Below, piece by piece: positions 1 through 8,681 of a stretch of 55,815 nucleotides of DNA. Source of the DNA: a virus (taxonomy: Duplodnaviria > Caudoviricetes); the IMG/VR virus record IMGVR_UViG_3300013126_000040, positions 1 through 55,815 of that record; one strand, written 5' to 3'. Positions within the stretch are counted from its first letter, which is position 1; the number at the start of each line of letters is the position of its first letter. The notes under the pieces were generated by a model, which ran no database searches, was not told the DNA's origin, and was given only the letters and a program-made list of their open reading frames with translations. Position numbers and translations under genes: made by a program.

Positions 1-123
1 ACTGGAGCAACTGGTGCAGTAGGTAATATTGGAGCGACTGGAGCAACTGGTGCAGTAGGTAATATTGGAGCGACTGGAGCAACTGGTGCAGTAGGTAATA
101 TTGGAGCGACTGGAGCAACTGGT
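1..123 (+). repeat. 36-bp tandem repeat (about 3.4 copies) encoding TGATGAVGNIGA
   Basis: actggagcaactggtgcagtaggtaatattggagcg is exact at 1-36, 37-72 and 73-108, and partial at 109-123. Confidence 0.95.
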
Positions 124-1629
124 TCTGGTGCAACTGGTGCGACAGGAGCAATGGGTTCAACAGGAACAGCTTTTAAATACGCTTCGAATGTAAACGATTC
201 TTATCCTGGAGGAGGATCAAATGATCCTGTAGGATATCTTAATTATTACTTCCCAACGACTCAGATCAACGCTACTGTGCTTGATGGTTTTACAGGAGAC
301 ATTTGGTATTATATTGGTGGAACTCCAGGTTTCGAGTGGACGTTAGGTTCTAATGTTAAGGGGGCTACTGGACTCAGAGGAGCTACAGGTGCTACTGGAC
401 CTAGAGGAGCTACTGGCGCAACAGGTGCTATAGGTCTTAGTGGATCAACAGGTGCCACAGGCGCTGGAGCAACTGGAGCTACTGGTGCTGTAGGAAACAC
501 TGGGTCTACAGGCGCGACTGGTCCTCAAGGAATTCCTAATACAGGAGAGTTAGATTTAAGGTACGTTCAGCTAACAGGTAATCAAATTATTTCTGGAAAT
601 AAAAATTTTATTAATAATGTAACAATACAAGGAACCGGAATATTTAATTCTTTAGATTTAAGTAACGCTGCTCAACTTGAATTTTCTGGAGTAGACATTA
701 GACTAATCAATTCTATTGTTAGCGGACTTATTATTACGGGATCTCGTCCTATAGTTAATGGCACTGGAGTATTACTTAGCGGAGAAGCTGGTATTCTTCC
801 TACGCTTACTCCAAATCAAGTACTTTTCACTAATAATTTAGGGAATATCACTGGATCTAATGATTTTAGATATTTAAATGCAGGATTATATGGTAGCGGA
901 ATATATATATCAGGAAATATATTTGCAAATCAAACAGGAATATTTAATGCTCTGGATATAAATAATATTGATACGCTTTCATTATCTGGATTAGAAAGTT
1001 TAAGTATAATTAATAGCACCGGTTTTTCAATAATAAATAGTGATCTTGTAATATCTGGATCAAATGTCAATTTAAATGTTAGACCAAGAGTAAATGGTTC
1101 TGGCGTGTTATTAATAGGCGAAGCGAATATACTACCTTCAACTATAGTATATACAACAGGAGTACAGACTATAACATCTAGTAAAAATTTTACTGTTAGA
1201 CCAACAGTTCAAGGAACAGGTGTTATACTTAGCGGAGAAATTGCAGCCCTTCCATCAACAGTAGTTTATACAACAGGCGATCAAAACATATTTGGTTTAA
1301 AAACATTTAATATTGATGATAAAAAAATAATATTAAATCCAACTGGCTCTCAAAATGTATTTTATTTAGCCGCAACCTCAGGCATTTCTATTTTTGATTT
1401 GATAGGTACTCAAAATGGTATAGATTATGAGCTTTATGCAGGGCAAAATACTCCATTAATTAGTGGTTCTCCTAAACTTGATATCGTCAGTAATATATTA
1501 ATAGCTAGTAATCCACCATCAACTACTGGGGATCTTGGCTTAAAAGGAAGTATTACTTGGGATACAGGATATTTATATATATGTATAGATTCTAATAGCT
1601 GGAAAAGGATCGCTTTAAATACATGGTAA
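1..1629 (+). CDS. Collagen-like tail fibre/virion appendage protein (5' truncated by window edge)
   Basis: Frame +1 is open from base 1, so the real start lies upstream of the window. Gly-X-Y repeats (GAT GAV GNI); repeated VYTTG.Q and RP.VNG[TS]GV.L.GE units; C-terminal PS...G..G.I.WD..YLYIC...N.WKR domain typical of phage fibre proteins. Confidence 0.8.
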   Translation, partial: TGATGAVGNIGATGATGAVGNIGATGATGAVGNIGATGATGSGATGATGAMGSTGTAFKYASNVNDSYPGGGSNDPVGYLNYYFPTTQINATVLDGFTGDIWYYIGGTPGFEWTLGSNVKGATGLRGATGATGPRGATGATGAIGLSGSTGATGAGATGATGAVGNTGSTGATGPQGIPNTGELDLRYVQLTGNQIISGNKNFINNVTIQGTGIFNSLDLSNAAQLEFSGVDIRLINSIVSGLIITGSRPIVNGTGVLLSGEAGILPTLTPNQVLFTNNLGNITGSNDFRYLNAGLYGSGIYISGNIFANQTGIFNALDINNIDTLSLSGLESLSIINSTGFSIINSDLVISGSNVNLNVRPRVNGSGVLLIGEANILPSTIVYTTGVQTITSSKNFTVRPTVQGTGVILSGEIAALPSTVVYTTGDQNIFGLKTFNIDDKKIILNPTGSQNVFYLAATSGISIFDLIGTQNGIDYELYAGQNTPLISGSPKLDIVSNILIASNPPSTTGDLGLKGSITWDTGYLYICIDSNSWKRIALNTW

Positions 1630-1631
1630 AG

Positions 1632-1646
1632 GTGTAATATATTTAT
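1632..1646 (+). promoter_or_regulatory. Putative late promoter motif GTGTAA(W)
   Basis: GTGTAATATATTTAT directly upstream of the ATG at 1647; the same motif precedes many structural genes. Confidence 0.65.
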
Positions 1647-2357
1647 ATGTCAACGCAAAATGTAAAAGATTTTAATACAGTTAGTCTTTTAAATCTACGA
1701 ACTGATTCTATATTATCAATACAAAATAATGAATTGATTCGTTTAAATGCAGATAATACGACTATTAGTGGTGTTGGTAATTTAAGTACAAATAATATTA
1801 ATATTACTGGTTCTTTTACATCTTTAAATCGTCCCGTTATTAATAATACTGGAGTAATGTTAAGTGGAGAAGCTCCTCCTCCTAATATAGAAGCTGCCTC
1901 TTTCTCTTGGAGCTCATCATATGCAAATTTAACAAATAATACAGATACCACTATGCCATTAAATTTAACTTTGTTTAATACAGATGCAAGCACGTATATT
2001 CTTAATAACAATAGAATTGGGATTAGATCTACAGGATGGTATGAATTTACTACAAACTTAAAATTTTATGATATGCATACAAATGTTGTATTTTTAACAA
2101 AACTAATGTATTCGCCCACTCCTATCTCTGCATTAACTATGGTTACATTAATGAGCAGACAAATCGGGAATGGAGTTGCTCCTATCGCAGGAGTTGCTCA
2201 ACCAAGTGCAGAAAGAGGTTGGTCAGATACAGTATTAGTCCAAGTAGCTTTAACTGGACATTATGCAATAGTTCTTAATCCAAACAGCAATTCTCCTTAT
2301 CCTTCAAATACGGACTCAAGTGAACCAAGAGTGACCGTGAAAAAAATACATTATTAA
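1647..2357 (+). CDS. Virion fibre-associated protein with C1q/BclA-like C-terminal beta domain
   Basis: Shares the RPVINNTGVMLSGEA repeat with the upstream fibre; IGIRSTGWYEF pattern resembles C1q-like domains. Confidence 0.55.
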   Translation: MSTQNVKDFNTVSLLNLRTDSILSIQNNELIRLNADNTTISGVGNLSTNNINITGSFTSLNRPVINNTGVMLSGEAPPPNIEAASFSWSSSYANLTNNTDTTMPLNLTLFNTDASTYILNNNRIGIRSTGWYEFTTNLKFYDMHTNVVFLTKLMYSPTPISALTMVTLMSRQIGNGVAPIAGVAQPSAERGWSDTVLVQVALTGHYAIVLNPNSNSPYPSNTDSSEPRVTVKKIHY

Positions 2358-2361
2358 TTTT

Positions 2362-2571
2362 ATGAAACTATACGGCATTTTTAATTTAAACGATAATAAT
2401 AAATTATTAAGATATTCAACAGATCTTCAAGCAGAAAGAACTTACATTTGGAATGATCCAGTCTCCAAGTCTGAATTAACAATACATGAGATCTGTCTCC
2501 CTGATATAGAATATTCAGAGCAATATATTGGTAAAAAATATAATATAGAAACTGGCATTTTTGAAGAGTAA
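2362..2571 (+). CDS. Small protein, possible fibre assembly/chaperone
   Basis: 69 aa, follows the fibre genes; C-terminal IG.KY..ETG.F pattern is common in small fibre-linked phage proteins. Confidence 0.5.
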   Translation: MKLYGIFNLNDNNKLLRYSTDLQAERTYIWNDPVSKSELTIHEICLPDIEYSEQYIGKKYNIETGIFEE

Positions 2572-2610
2572 ATTTATTCTCTGATAGTAATTATCTAATA
2601 TAATAATATA

Positions 2611-2627
2611 GTGTAATTTAATATACT
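2611..2627 (+). promoter_or_regulatory. Putative late promoter motif GTGTAA(W)
   Basis: GTGTAATTTAATATACT immediately before the ATG at 2628. Confidence 0.65.
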
Positions 2628-3140
2628 ATGACTAATAAAATTGTTGATATAGCAGACGAGCTTTTTCGTGAACTTGGCGAGCCAGATGATATAAGTGTTC
2701 CTTCTATAGCTTTTTGGCTAAGAACCAACATTGGCGCTTTAAATGTCGTTTTAAATAAACCTTATACTATTAATATTTCATCTCTTGAAGTAGAAGACAC
2801 ATCAACCGACCCATTTGGAATAAATGAAAAAGTAATATTTAAAAAATTATATACAATACATTATTATGACCGTCAATTAAGAAAAACTCTTGTTAGCGTT
2901 AATCTTGATAGTGTTGTTAGCATTTCTGATGAGGGTAGTTCTGTTACAAAAGTAAATAAAAATGAATTAAGCAAAACCTTTGCTAGTATTAAAAAGCAAG
3001 AGATGCTTGAACTATCTGATATGCTCAAATCTTATTCAACTAATGAGATTACTCCGTTGCAAGTTGTAGGAGACGATACAATTCCTGGATTATCAACTGG
3101 GGGAGATCAATCTGTTAATATCTATAATAGGTCAATATAA
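2628..3140 (+). CDS. Putative head-tail adaptor/neck protein
   Basis: 170 aa, first of four coupled genes before the tail tube; function inferred from synteny only. Confidence 0.5.
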   Translation: MTNKIVDIADELFRELGEPDDISVPSIAFWLRTNIGALNVVLNKPYTINISSLEVEDTSTDPFGINEKVIFKKLYTIHYYDRQLRKTLVSVNLDSVVSISDEGSSVTKVNKNELSKTFASIKKQEMLELSDMLKSYSTNEITPLQVVGDDTIPGLSTGGDQSVNIYNRSI

Positions 3141-3583
3141 TGCCAAGCCTTCTTTCAGATATAGAGATTACAAACGCAACAGGAGTAATGGGTGATCTTT
3201 TTGATACATTCTCTAGGCCAATCATAGTCTACAAAGAACCAAAAAAAATAATTAATCAAGTAGCTACAAATAGCCTTCCTGGATATGGAGAAGCAGCAAT
3301 TAAACAAAATATAACTTATATTCCTGTTAGTGGCGTTTTTGAAGCTAAAGTAAAATATAACCCAAAACAAGAGCTTGAACTCTTGCCAGAATTAAAAAGT
3401 AGAGTCAGCAAAGGTATAGTAAAAATCAGAGTTCAAAGAGAAGCTAGAGATTTTATTGTTAAAAATGGTAAAACAGAAAAAATCATGATTGATAATAAGC
3501 CATTTAATGTTGTAACAGATGATACTATGAAGCGTTTTCTTACATCTGAATATTTTGTTTTTTTCTTAGAGGCTGCATCATAA
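3140..3583 (+). CDS. Putative head closure/stopper protein
   Basis: 147 aa beta-rich protein, TAATG-coupled to its neighbours; inferred from synteny. Confidence 0.5.
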   Translation: MPSLLSDIEITNATGVMGDLFDTFSRPIIVYKEPKKIINQVATNSLPGYGEAAIKQNITYIPVSGVFEAKVKYNPKQELELLPELKSRVSKGIVKIRVQREARDFIVKNGKTEKIMIDNKPFNVVTDDTMKRFLTSEYFVFFLEAAS

Positions 3584-4200
3584 TGAAATTTAAATTAAAT
3601 AGAAATGCATTATCTAAATCAGTATCCACAAATTCAAGAGTTGTGAAAATTATTCGCGAACAAGTAAAACAATTAGTAGAAGAATATGTAGAAAAAAATA
3701 AACAACAAATGGTAGATGAATTTGACAATCATCCTGTTACAAAAGAGATTGATAATGGTCCAGATGCAACAAATATATCTAATACTCTTGGTGGAGAAGG
3801 AAATCTTTTCAGTTATATAGGATTTAATGAGGGGAGTAATCCAACAGAGATTATAAAAGATATTCTTACTAATGATGTAAGAGTAGAAAATAAACCCACA
3901 ATCCAAACCGCTGGTAAAGATTTAAAAATAAGTTTCCCCATATCTGGACCAACTTTAAATGAAATAGAATCTGTTACTCCTATGCCATTTGAAGGCGGCA
4001 GAAGTTGGGTTCGCGGAATTGAAAAGGGTATTTCTGGATTTAGTTACTATGTATTTAAAAAATATCTTAAAGGTAGTCGTTCTGGTACAGGACTTCAAGG
4101 GGAATATGAAATCCGCACAGGTTCATTTAAACCTACATCATATGTGTCAGCAATTTTAAAGAAATTTTATTCAAAGGTTAATGCTAAATTTAATGTATGA
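3583..4200 (+). CDS. Putative neck/tail completion protein (HK97 gp10-like position)
   Basis: 205 aa basic protein between the putative stopper and terminator; inferred from synteny. Confidence 0.45.
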   Translation: MKFKLNRNALSKSVSTNSRVVKIIREQVKQLVEEYVEKNKQQMVDEFDNHPVTKEIDNGPDATNISNTLGGEGNLFSYIGFNEGSNPTEIIKDILTNDVRVENKPTIQTAGKDLKISFPISGPTLNEIESVTPMPFEGGRSWVRGIEKGISGFSYYVFKKYLKGSRSGTGLQGEYEIRTGSFKPTSYVSAILKKFYSKVNAKFNV

Positions 4201-5048
4201 AAGCTCAATTTGAAAACATATTAATGAGTAGCATGATACTTTGGTTTGATCATACATTGGTCAAAAAGGGCGAAGCATTTTCTAATTATGATAGTGAATT
4301 TTATCCTATTACAAATATATTTAATGGATATTATAGTTATGGTGCTCCTTTTAGAAACTTAATTAGAGATGAATCTATAACTGGCGCTAATATTATTAGT
4401 GGTGTTTATATTAATAATACATTTATTACTACTGGTCAAAGTGGGCTAGTAGCTATTAATGCAGATCAAGGACAATTATATTTTGATACTGACCAATCCT
4501 CTGAGACTATAAGCGGAGCTTATGCTGTTAAAGATTATGGCATATATCTTACTAACGAAAATGAAGAAAAGATATTATTTGAAACAAAATTTAATTTAAA
4601 TCCAAAGACATTTGAAAGTCCTACTGGTTTACCTATTAATTCTCAAACATATCCAGCAATTTACCTCAAAAATAATGGCGGTAATAATGAGCCATTAGCT
4701 TTTGGTGGTTTAGATAGCACTAATATTAATGTACGAGCTATAGTGATATCAGACTCTATATTTAGTATGGACGCAGTTACTAGCATATTTAAAGATGTGG
4801 TTCGCACATATATTCCTCTTATTCAGCCAAATGAAATGCCTTTTAATAGCTTAAATGGTCTTAAATCTGGCTATAATTATGATCTTTTAACCACAGGTAG
4901 AGCAGGCACCTCTAATAGCGCATATATAAAAAACATATATATTAGCAAAAATGTAGTTAATAGAAGTCAATATCAAGATCTTAATCCAGATGCAATATCT
5001 TCATTTATTGATTTTGAGCTAGAAGTCTATAGATATCCAAGATTATAA
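4197..5048 (+). CDS. Putative tail terminator protein
   Basis: 283 aa immediately before the tail tube gene; YPAIY motif and C-terminal FELEV strand resemble terminator proteins. Confidence 0.45.
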   Translation: MKAQFENILMSSMILWFDHTLVKKGEAFSNYDSEFYPITNIFNGYYSYGAPFRNLIRDESITGANIISGVYINNTFITTGQSGLVAINADQGQLYFDTDQSSETISGAYAVKDYGIYLTNENEEKILFETKFNLNPKTFESPTGLPINSQTYPAIYLKNNGGNNEPLAFGGLDSTNINVRAIVISDSIFSMDAVTSIFKDVVRTYIPLIQPNEMPFNSLNGLKSGYNYDLLTTGRAGTSNSAYIKNIYISKNVVNRSQYQDLNPDAISSFIDFELEVYRYPRL

Positions 5049-5082
5049 GTATAAAAAAATAAGTTAAAATACAAGAAATTAA

Positions 5083-5098
5083 GTGTAAATAAAGTAAA
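5083..5098 (+). promoter_or_regulatory. Putative late promoter motif GTGTAA(W)
   Basis: GTGTAAATAAAG upstream of the AGGAG RBS of the tail tube gene. Confidence 0.65.
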
Positions 5099-5115
5099 TA
5101 TAGGAGAATTTTAAT

Positions 5116-6219
5116 ATGGCAAGAAATAGAATTATTTATCAATCTGAAGCCCTCTATGCAGGACCAAGTCCAGCAACGGGTAATCATTTTACAGACCAAC
5201 AATTAGAGTCTGGCACTTTAGTTAAACAATTACATCGTGTTCAAAGCGCTAATTACAGTTTCAATATAGCTCGTCAAGACGTTAACCAATTTGGTGAGCT
5301 TGCAGCTATTGACCGCGTTATTCTAGAGTCACCAACAGTTTCTTTAGACTTTAGTTATTTACTAAATAGTTTAGCTAACGAAGAAGAACTTGGTTTTGCA
5401 CCACTAGACGGCAGCTCTTCTTGTATTTCTGGAATCTTAAATAAAACTCAAGACGAAAGAAATTATTTTATTCGTACAGTAAGTGAGGGCACAGACGCTC
5501 TAGGAGTTGGTTCTGGCTTAGCTAATCAAAGCGTTATCGGTATTGGTAACGGATTTATTAGCTCTTATTCTACAGAAGGTTCTGTTGGTAATTTCCCAAC
5601 AGTAACAGTTAATGTAGAAGCTCTTAATATGGCTTTTGATGCAGGTGTCACAGGAAATCACATTCCAGCTGTTGATCCAACAAACGGAGCCAAACTTACT
5701 GGTATTAAATATGCTCTATCAAATGCTGTAAGTTCAATCGGCGCTGCAGGCGTTAGTGCTCTTCGTCCAGGAGATATTACTCTTGAGCTAGGAGAGTTTG
5801 AAAGCGATAATAATGCCGGAACAAAAATTAATGATGCTAAGATTCAAAGTTATACATTAAGCTTCGATCTTGCTCGTGAACCACTCCAAAAGTTAGGCAG
5901 CAAATTCGCATTTGCTCGTGAAATTACATTCCCAGTAACCGTAACATTATCTGTTGACGCATTGCTCGGTGATCTAACAACTGGAAATCTATCAGATATC
6001 GTTACTGCAGATAAAAATTATGATATGAGTGTTACCCTAAGAAATCCAACTGATTCTACAGTTGCAGCAAAGTACACACTCAAGCGCGCTAAACTAGATA
6101 GTCAAGAGTTTAGTAGTTCTATCGGTGATAACAAATCTGTAACATTAACATTCTCTTCTCAAATTGGCGGTCCAAATCAAACTGATCGTGGATTGTTCAT
6201 GAGCGGAGTTAAAGATTAA
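5116..6219 (+). CDS. Major tail tube protein
   Basis: Strong AGGAG RBS, its own terminator, located before chaperones and TMP. Two internal tube-like repeats (VQSANYSFNIARQDVNQFG / IQSYTLSFDLAREPLQKLG). Confidence 0.8.
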   Translation: MARNRIIYQSEALYAGPSPATGNHFTDQQLESGTLVKQLHRVQSANYSFNIARQDVNQFGELAAIDRVILESPTVSLDFSYLLNSLANEEELGFAPLDGSSSCISGILNKTQDERNYFIRTVSEGTDALGVGSGLANQSVIGIGNGFISSYSTEGSVGNFPTVTVNVEALNMAFDAGVTGNHIPAVDPTNGAKLTGIKYALSNAVSSIGAAGVSALRPGDITLELGEFESDNNAGTKINDAKIQSYTLSFDLAREPLQKLGSKFAFAREITFPVTVTLSVDALLGDLTTGNLSDIVTADKNYDMSVTLRNPTDSTVAAKYTLKRAKLDSQEFSSSIGDNKSVTLTFSSQIGGPNQTDRGLFMSGVKD

Positions 6220-6246
6220 TATATAGATAGATAAATAATTAAACTT

Positions 6247-6284
6247 AATACCCCGTCAAGATAAACTTGGCGGGGTATTTTTTT
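6247..6284 (+). terminator. Rho-independent terminator
   Basis: aataccccgtcaag-ataaa-cttggcggggtatt stem (one G-U pair) running into a T tract. Confidence 0.9.
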
Positions 6285-6285
6285 G

Positions 6286-6300
6286 GTGTAATCTATAGTA
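6286..6300 (+). promoter_or_regulatory. Putative late promoter motif GTGTAA(W)
   Basis: GTGTAATCTATAG directly after the terminator, where re-initiation would be needed. Confidence 0.7.
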
Positions 6301-6319
6301 AGGAAAAAGGTAAAATATT

Positions 6320-6550
6320 ATGGAAAAAGGTGACCCAAAATTAAGGGAATATGTATTATTCCAATTTCGTAGAAAAATTACTAATTTATATAAACATTGT
6401 CTTTTTATTCTTGAAGATGCTGTAAATTCTCAATATAATATGGATAATGAATCGTATCAAAAATATCGCAAAAGAATATTGGATCACGGAAATGATACTA
6501 TTCGAGAAATAGAAGAGGAACTGGAGAAATTTGATTTTAATCTAAAATGA
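6320..6550 (+). CDS. Hypothetical protein (helical)
   Basis: 76 aa ORF with AAGG RBS downstream of the promoter motif. Confidence 0.7.
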   Translation: MEKGDPKLREYVLFQFRRKITNLYKHCLFILEDAVNSQYNMDNESYQKYRKRILDHGNDTIREIEEELEKFDFNLK

Positions 6551-6822
6551 AGAAAATGTTCTTTAAATTTTCAGAAGAAGCAGTTATTCGTAATAATCTT
6601 GAATTGCAAACAATTCAAAGATCTCTTAAAGAATATGGGGTGCTAAAACCCACTTTTGAAGTGATAACAAATCCAAATTTTTTAAGTAAAAATTACGACA
6701 GATGGAATAAGGATAAACAAAATAAATTTATATCTCTACTAGGAGGTAGAGTGCAATTTAAAAAAATAAAAAAATATATAGAATCAATTGAAAGGAATAA
6801 GGAATATGAAAAAGCTATTTGA
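6547..6822 (+). CDS. Hypothetical protein
   Basis: 91 aa ORF overlapping the upstream stop region by 4 nt. Confidence 0.6.
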   Translation: MKKMFFKFSEEAVIRNNLELQTIQRSLKEYGVLKPTFEVITNPNFLSKNYDRWNKDKQNKFISLLGGRVQFKKIKKYIESIERNKEYEKAI

Positions 6823-7603
6823 ATTTATTGTACCAAAAGAGATCGAAGTCGAAGAGACCGAGATCACAAAAAATGAAAAAGGCGAAGAAATCAAAACGAC
6901 TAAAAAAATTAAAAAGAAAGAGCAAGTTAAGATTTTTCTTCGCAAACCAACTCGTGCACTTTTTGACGAAGCAGAGTTGTTTTATGGTGTTCGTTTATCA
7001 GAAGGTATTAAAGCTGGTCTTTTAACTAGAGCTTTATTGTCTAAAAGATTCACTAATGATGGCGGAGTTCTTAGCGAAGAGGAAAAGAATGTGTACGCAA
7101 CTTTGTACGTTGCTCTTTTTGAAAGACAAAACGAGTTCCAAAAACTTAGCATTAAAGATGAAAGCGAAAAAACAGAACAAGAAAAAGCTAGATACAAAGA
7201 AGTTGTTGCAGAGCTAACAGAATTACGAACTCAAATTCAAGATTTTGAAACAGCTCAAGCAAGTCTTTTTGATCAAACCGCAGAGAATAGAGCAAGGAAT
7301 AAAACTATCCTCTGGTGGGTATTACAATTAGCTTATGCTATTGATGATAAAGGTCAAGAATATCCTTTCTTTGGAGAAGGTGATTATTTTTCTAAAATAA
7401 GAATTTACGATACTATTGAGGAGAGTGGAAACGAATTTGAAGAATTAGTTTGTCGTAAATTAGCTTATTTCGTTAGTTTTTGGTATGTGGGTCGTGCGTC
7501 TTCTCAAGAAGAATTTGAAAGACTTGCGGCTGCTACATTAGAAGTAGATGAGTCTTCAATACAATCTAAAGGCGAAGCTAAAATTACAGACAAGAATGAA
7601 TGA
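6806..7603 (+). CDS. Putative tail assembly chaperone
   Basis: Charged coiled-coil protein between tube and TMP. ATG at 6806, preceded by AAGGA, is preferred to the TTG at 6788. Confidence 0.55.
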   Translation: MKKLFEFIVPKEIEVEETEITKNEKGEEIKTTKKIKKKEQVKIFLRKPTRALFDEAELFYGVRLSEGIKAGLLTRALLSKRFTNDGGVLSEEEKNVYATLYVALFERQNEFQKLSIKDESEKTEQEKARYKEVVAELTELRTQIQDFETAQASLFDQTAENRARNKTILWWVLQLAYAIDDKGQEYPFFGEGDYFSKIRIYDTIEESGNEFEELVCRKLAYFVSFWYVGRASSQEEFERLAAATLEVDESSIQSKGEAKITDKNE

Positions 7604-8610
7604 CCGATCCAAATCTAAAGATTATTTTTTCTGAAATAATCAAGGGATATTCTAAAAAGAATATCGAAGGGATTGGGACTTTATTTTTTAAGCATATAAA
7701 TAATCATGACTCTGCTGATATAGACATTTATAATCAGCAATTTTCTGATAAAGCTAAGGCAATGGGTTTGCCTACATCCAAAGAGCAAGAAGATTATTTG
7801 ATAAAAGAAGGTCTTTGGTCAGAAGATAAAAATAAAAGAATAATAGAATTACAAAAATTTATATCTAATCTAAAAACTACTAAAAGCAAGCTCTTTTTAA
7901 AAGCTCAAATAGATCAAATTAATAATGAAATAGATAAAAATGATGCAGAGTTAAAGGCTTTAAAATATGAAAAGAAAGATCTCATAGGATATACAGTAGA
8001 AGAATATACATTTAAAAAGATAAATGAATATTATATGTATGTTTCTTTATTTAAAGATGAGAAATTAAATCAAAGATTCTTTAAAGAAGAAGACTACGAA
8101 GAGTTAGATAACAAAGATATAGCTTTATTAATTAAAGGTTATAATGAAGTTAATGATAAATTTAATGATAGAAATCTAAAGAAGATAAGTTTGGCTGGAT
8201 ATTTTTCTAATGTATTTTATTTAAGCAATGATGATCCATATGTATTTTATGGAAGACCTCTCGTAGAATTAAGTTTTTATCAAATTGAGCTATTTAGCTA
8301 TGGTAAATATTTTAAAGCTATTATTTCAAATGCAAAAACAAAGCCTCCTCAATATTTAATGACTGATCCTGATGGATTAATAGAATGGTTTGAAGGAAGC
8401 AAAAATGTTGAAGATGTACTTAACAAGAACAGCAAGTTAACTCAAAAAGATAATGTTGCCTCTTCTATTGTAGGAGCTACAGAAGAAGATCTTAAGAGGT
8501 TAGGTATTAAAAATGATGATAAATCAACAGATATTGATCTAGCCAAGGAAGCAGCTAAAAAGGGCGGAAAATTAGACATGCAAGACCTCATAAAATTGCA
8601 TGGTTTATAA
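7600..8610 (+). CDS. Putative tail assembly chaperone 2
   Basis: 336 aa, ATGA-coupled to the previous gene and immediately before the TMP. Confidence 0.5.
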   Translation: MTDPNLKIIFSEIIKGYSKKNIEGIGTLFFKHINNHDSADIDIYNQQFSDKAKAMGLPTSKEQEDYLIKEGLWSEDKNKRIIELQKFISNLKTTKSKLFLKAQIDQINNEIDKNDAELKALKYEKKDLIGYTVEEYTFKKINEYYMYVSLFKDEKLNQRFFKEEDYEELDNKDIALLIKGYNEVNDKFNDRNLKKISLAGYFSNVFYLSNDDPYVFYGRPLVELSFYQIELFSYGKYFKAIISNAKTKPPQYLMTDPDGLIEWFEGSKNVEDVLNKNSKLTQKDNVASSIVGATEEDLKRLGIKNDDKSTDIDLAKEAAKKGGKLDMQDLIKLHGL

Positions 8611-8652
8611 GCAGAATATTATATATACTAGCCTAATATTTTTCCAATAAAT

Positions 8653-8667
8653 GTGTAATTTATGATA
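8653..8667 (+). promoter_or_regulatory. Putative late promoter motif GTGTAA(W)
   Basis: GTGTAATTTATGAT before the AGGA/AAGG RBS of the TMP gene. Confidence 0.65.
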
Positions 8668-8681
8668 GGAAAAAGGTTATT

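Noticed and set aside
1-123. 36-bp repeats as a CRISPR array
   Set aside because: Copies are contiguous with no spacers and encode in-frame collagen repeats.
6806-8610. Programmed frameshift between tail chaperones (lambda G/GT type)
   Set aside because: No convincing slippery heptamer near the end of the first ORF, and the second ORF has its own ATGA-coupled start.
8612-8645. aatatt...aatatt hairpin as a terminator
   Set aside because: Short AT-only stem, too weak to support.
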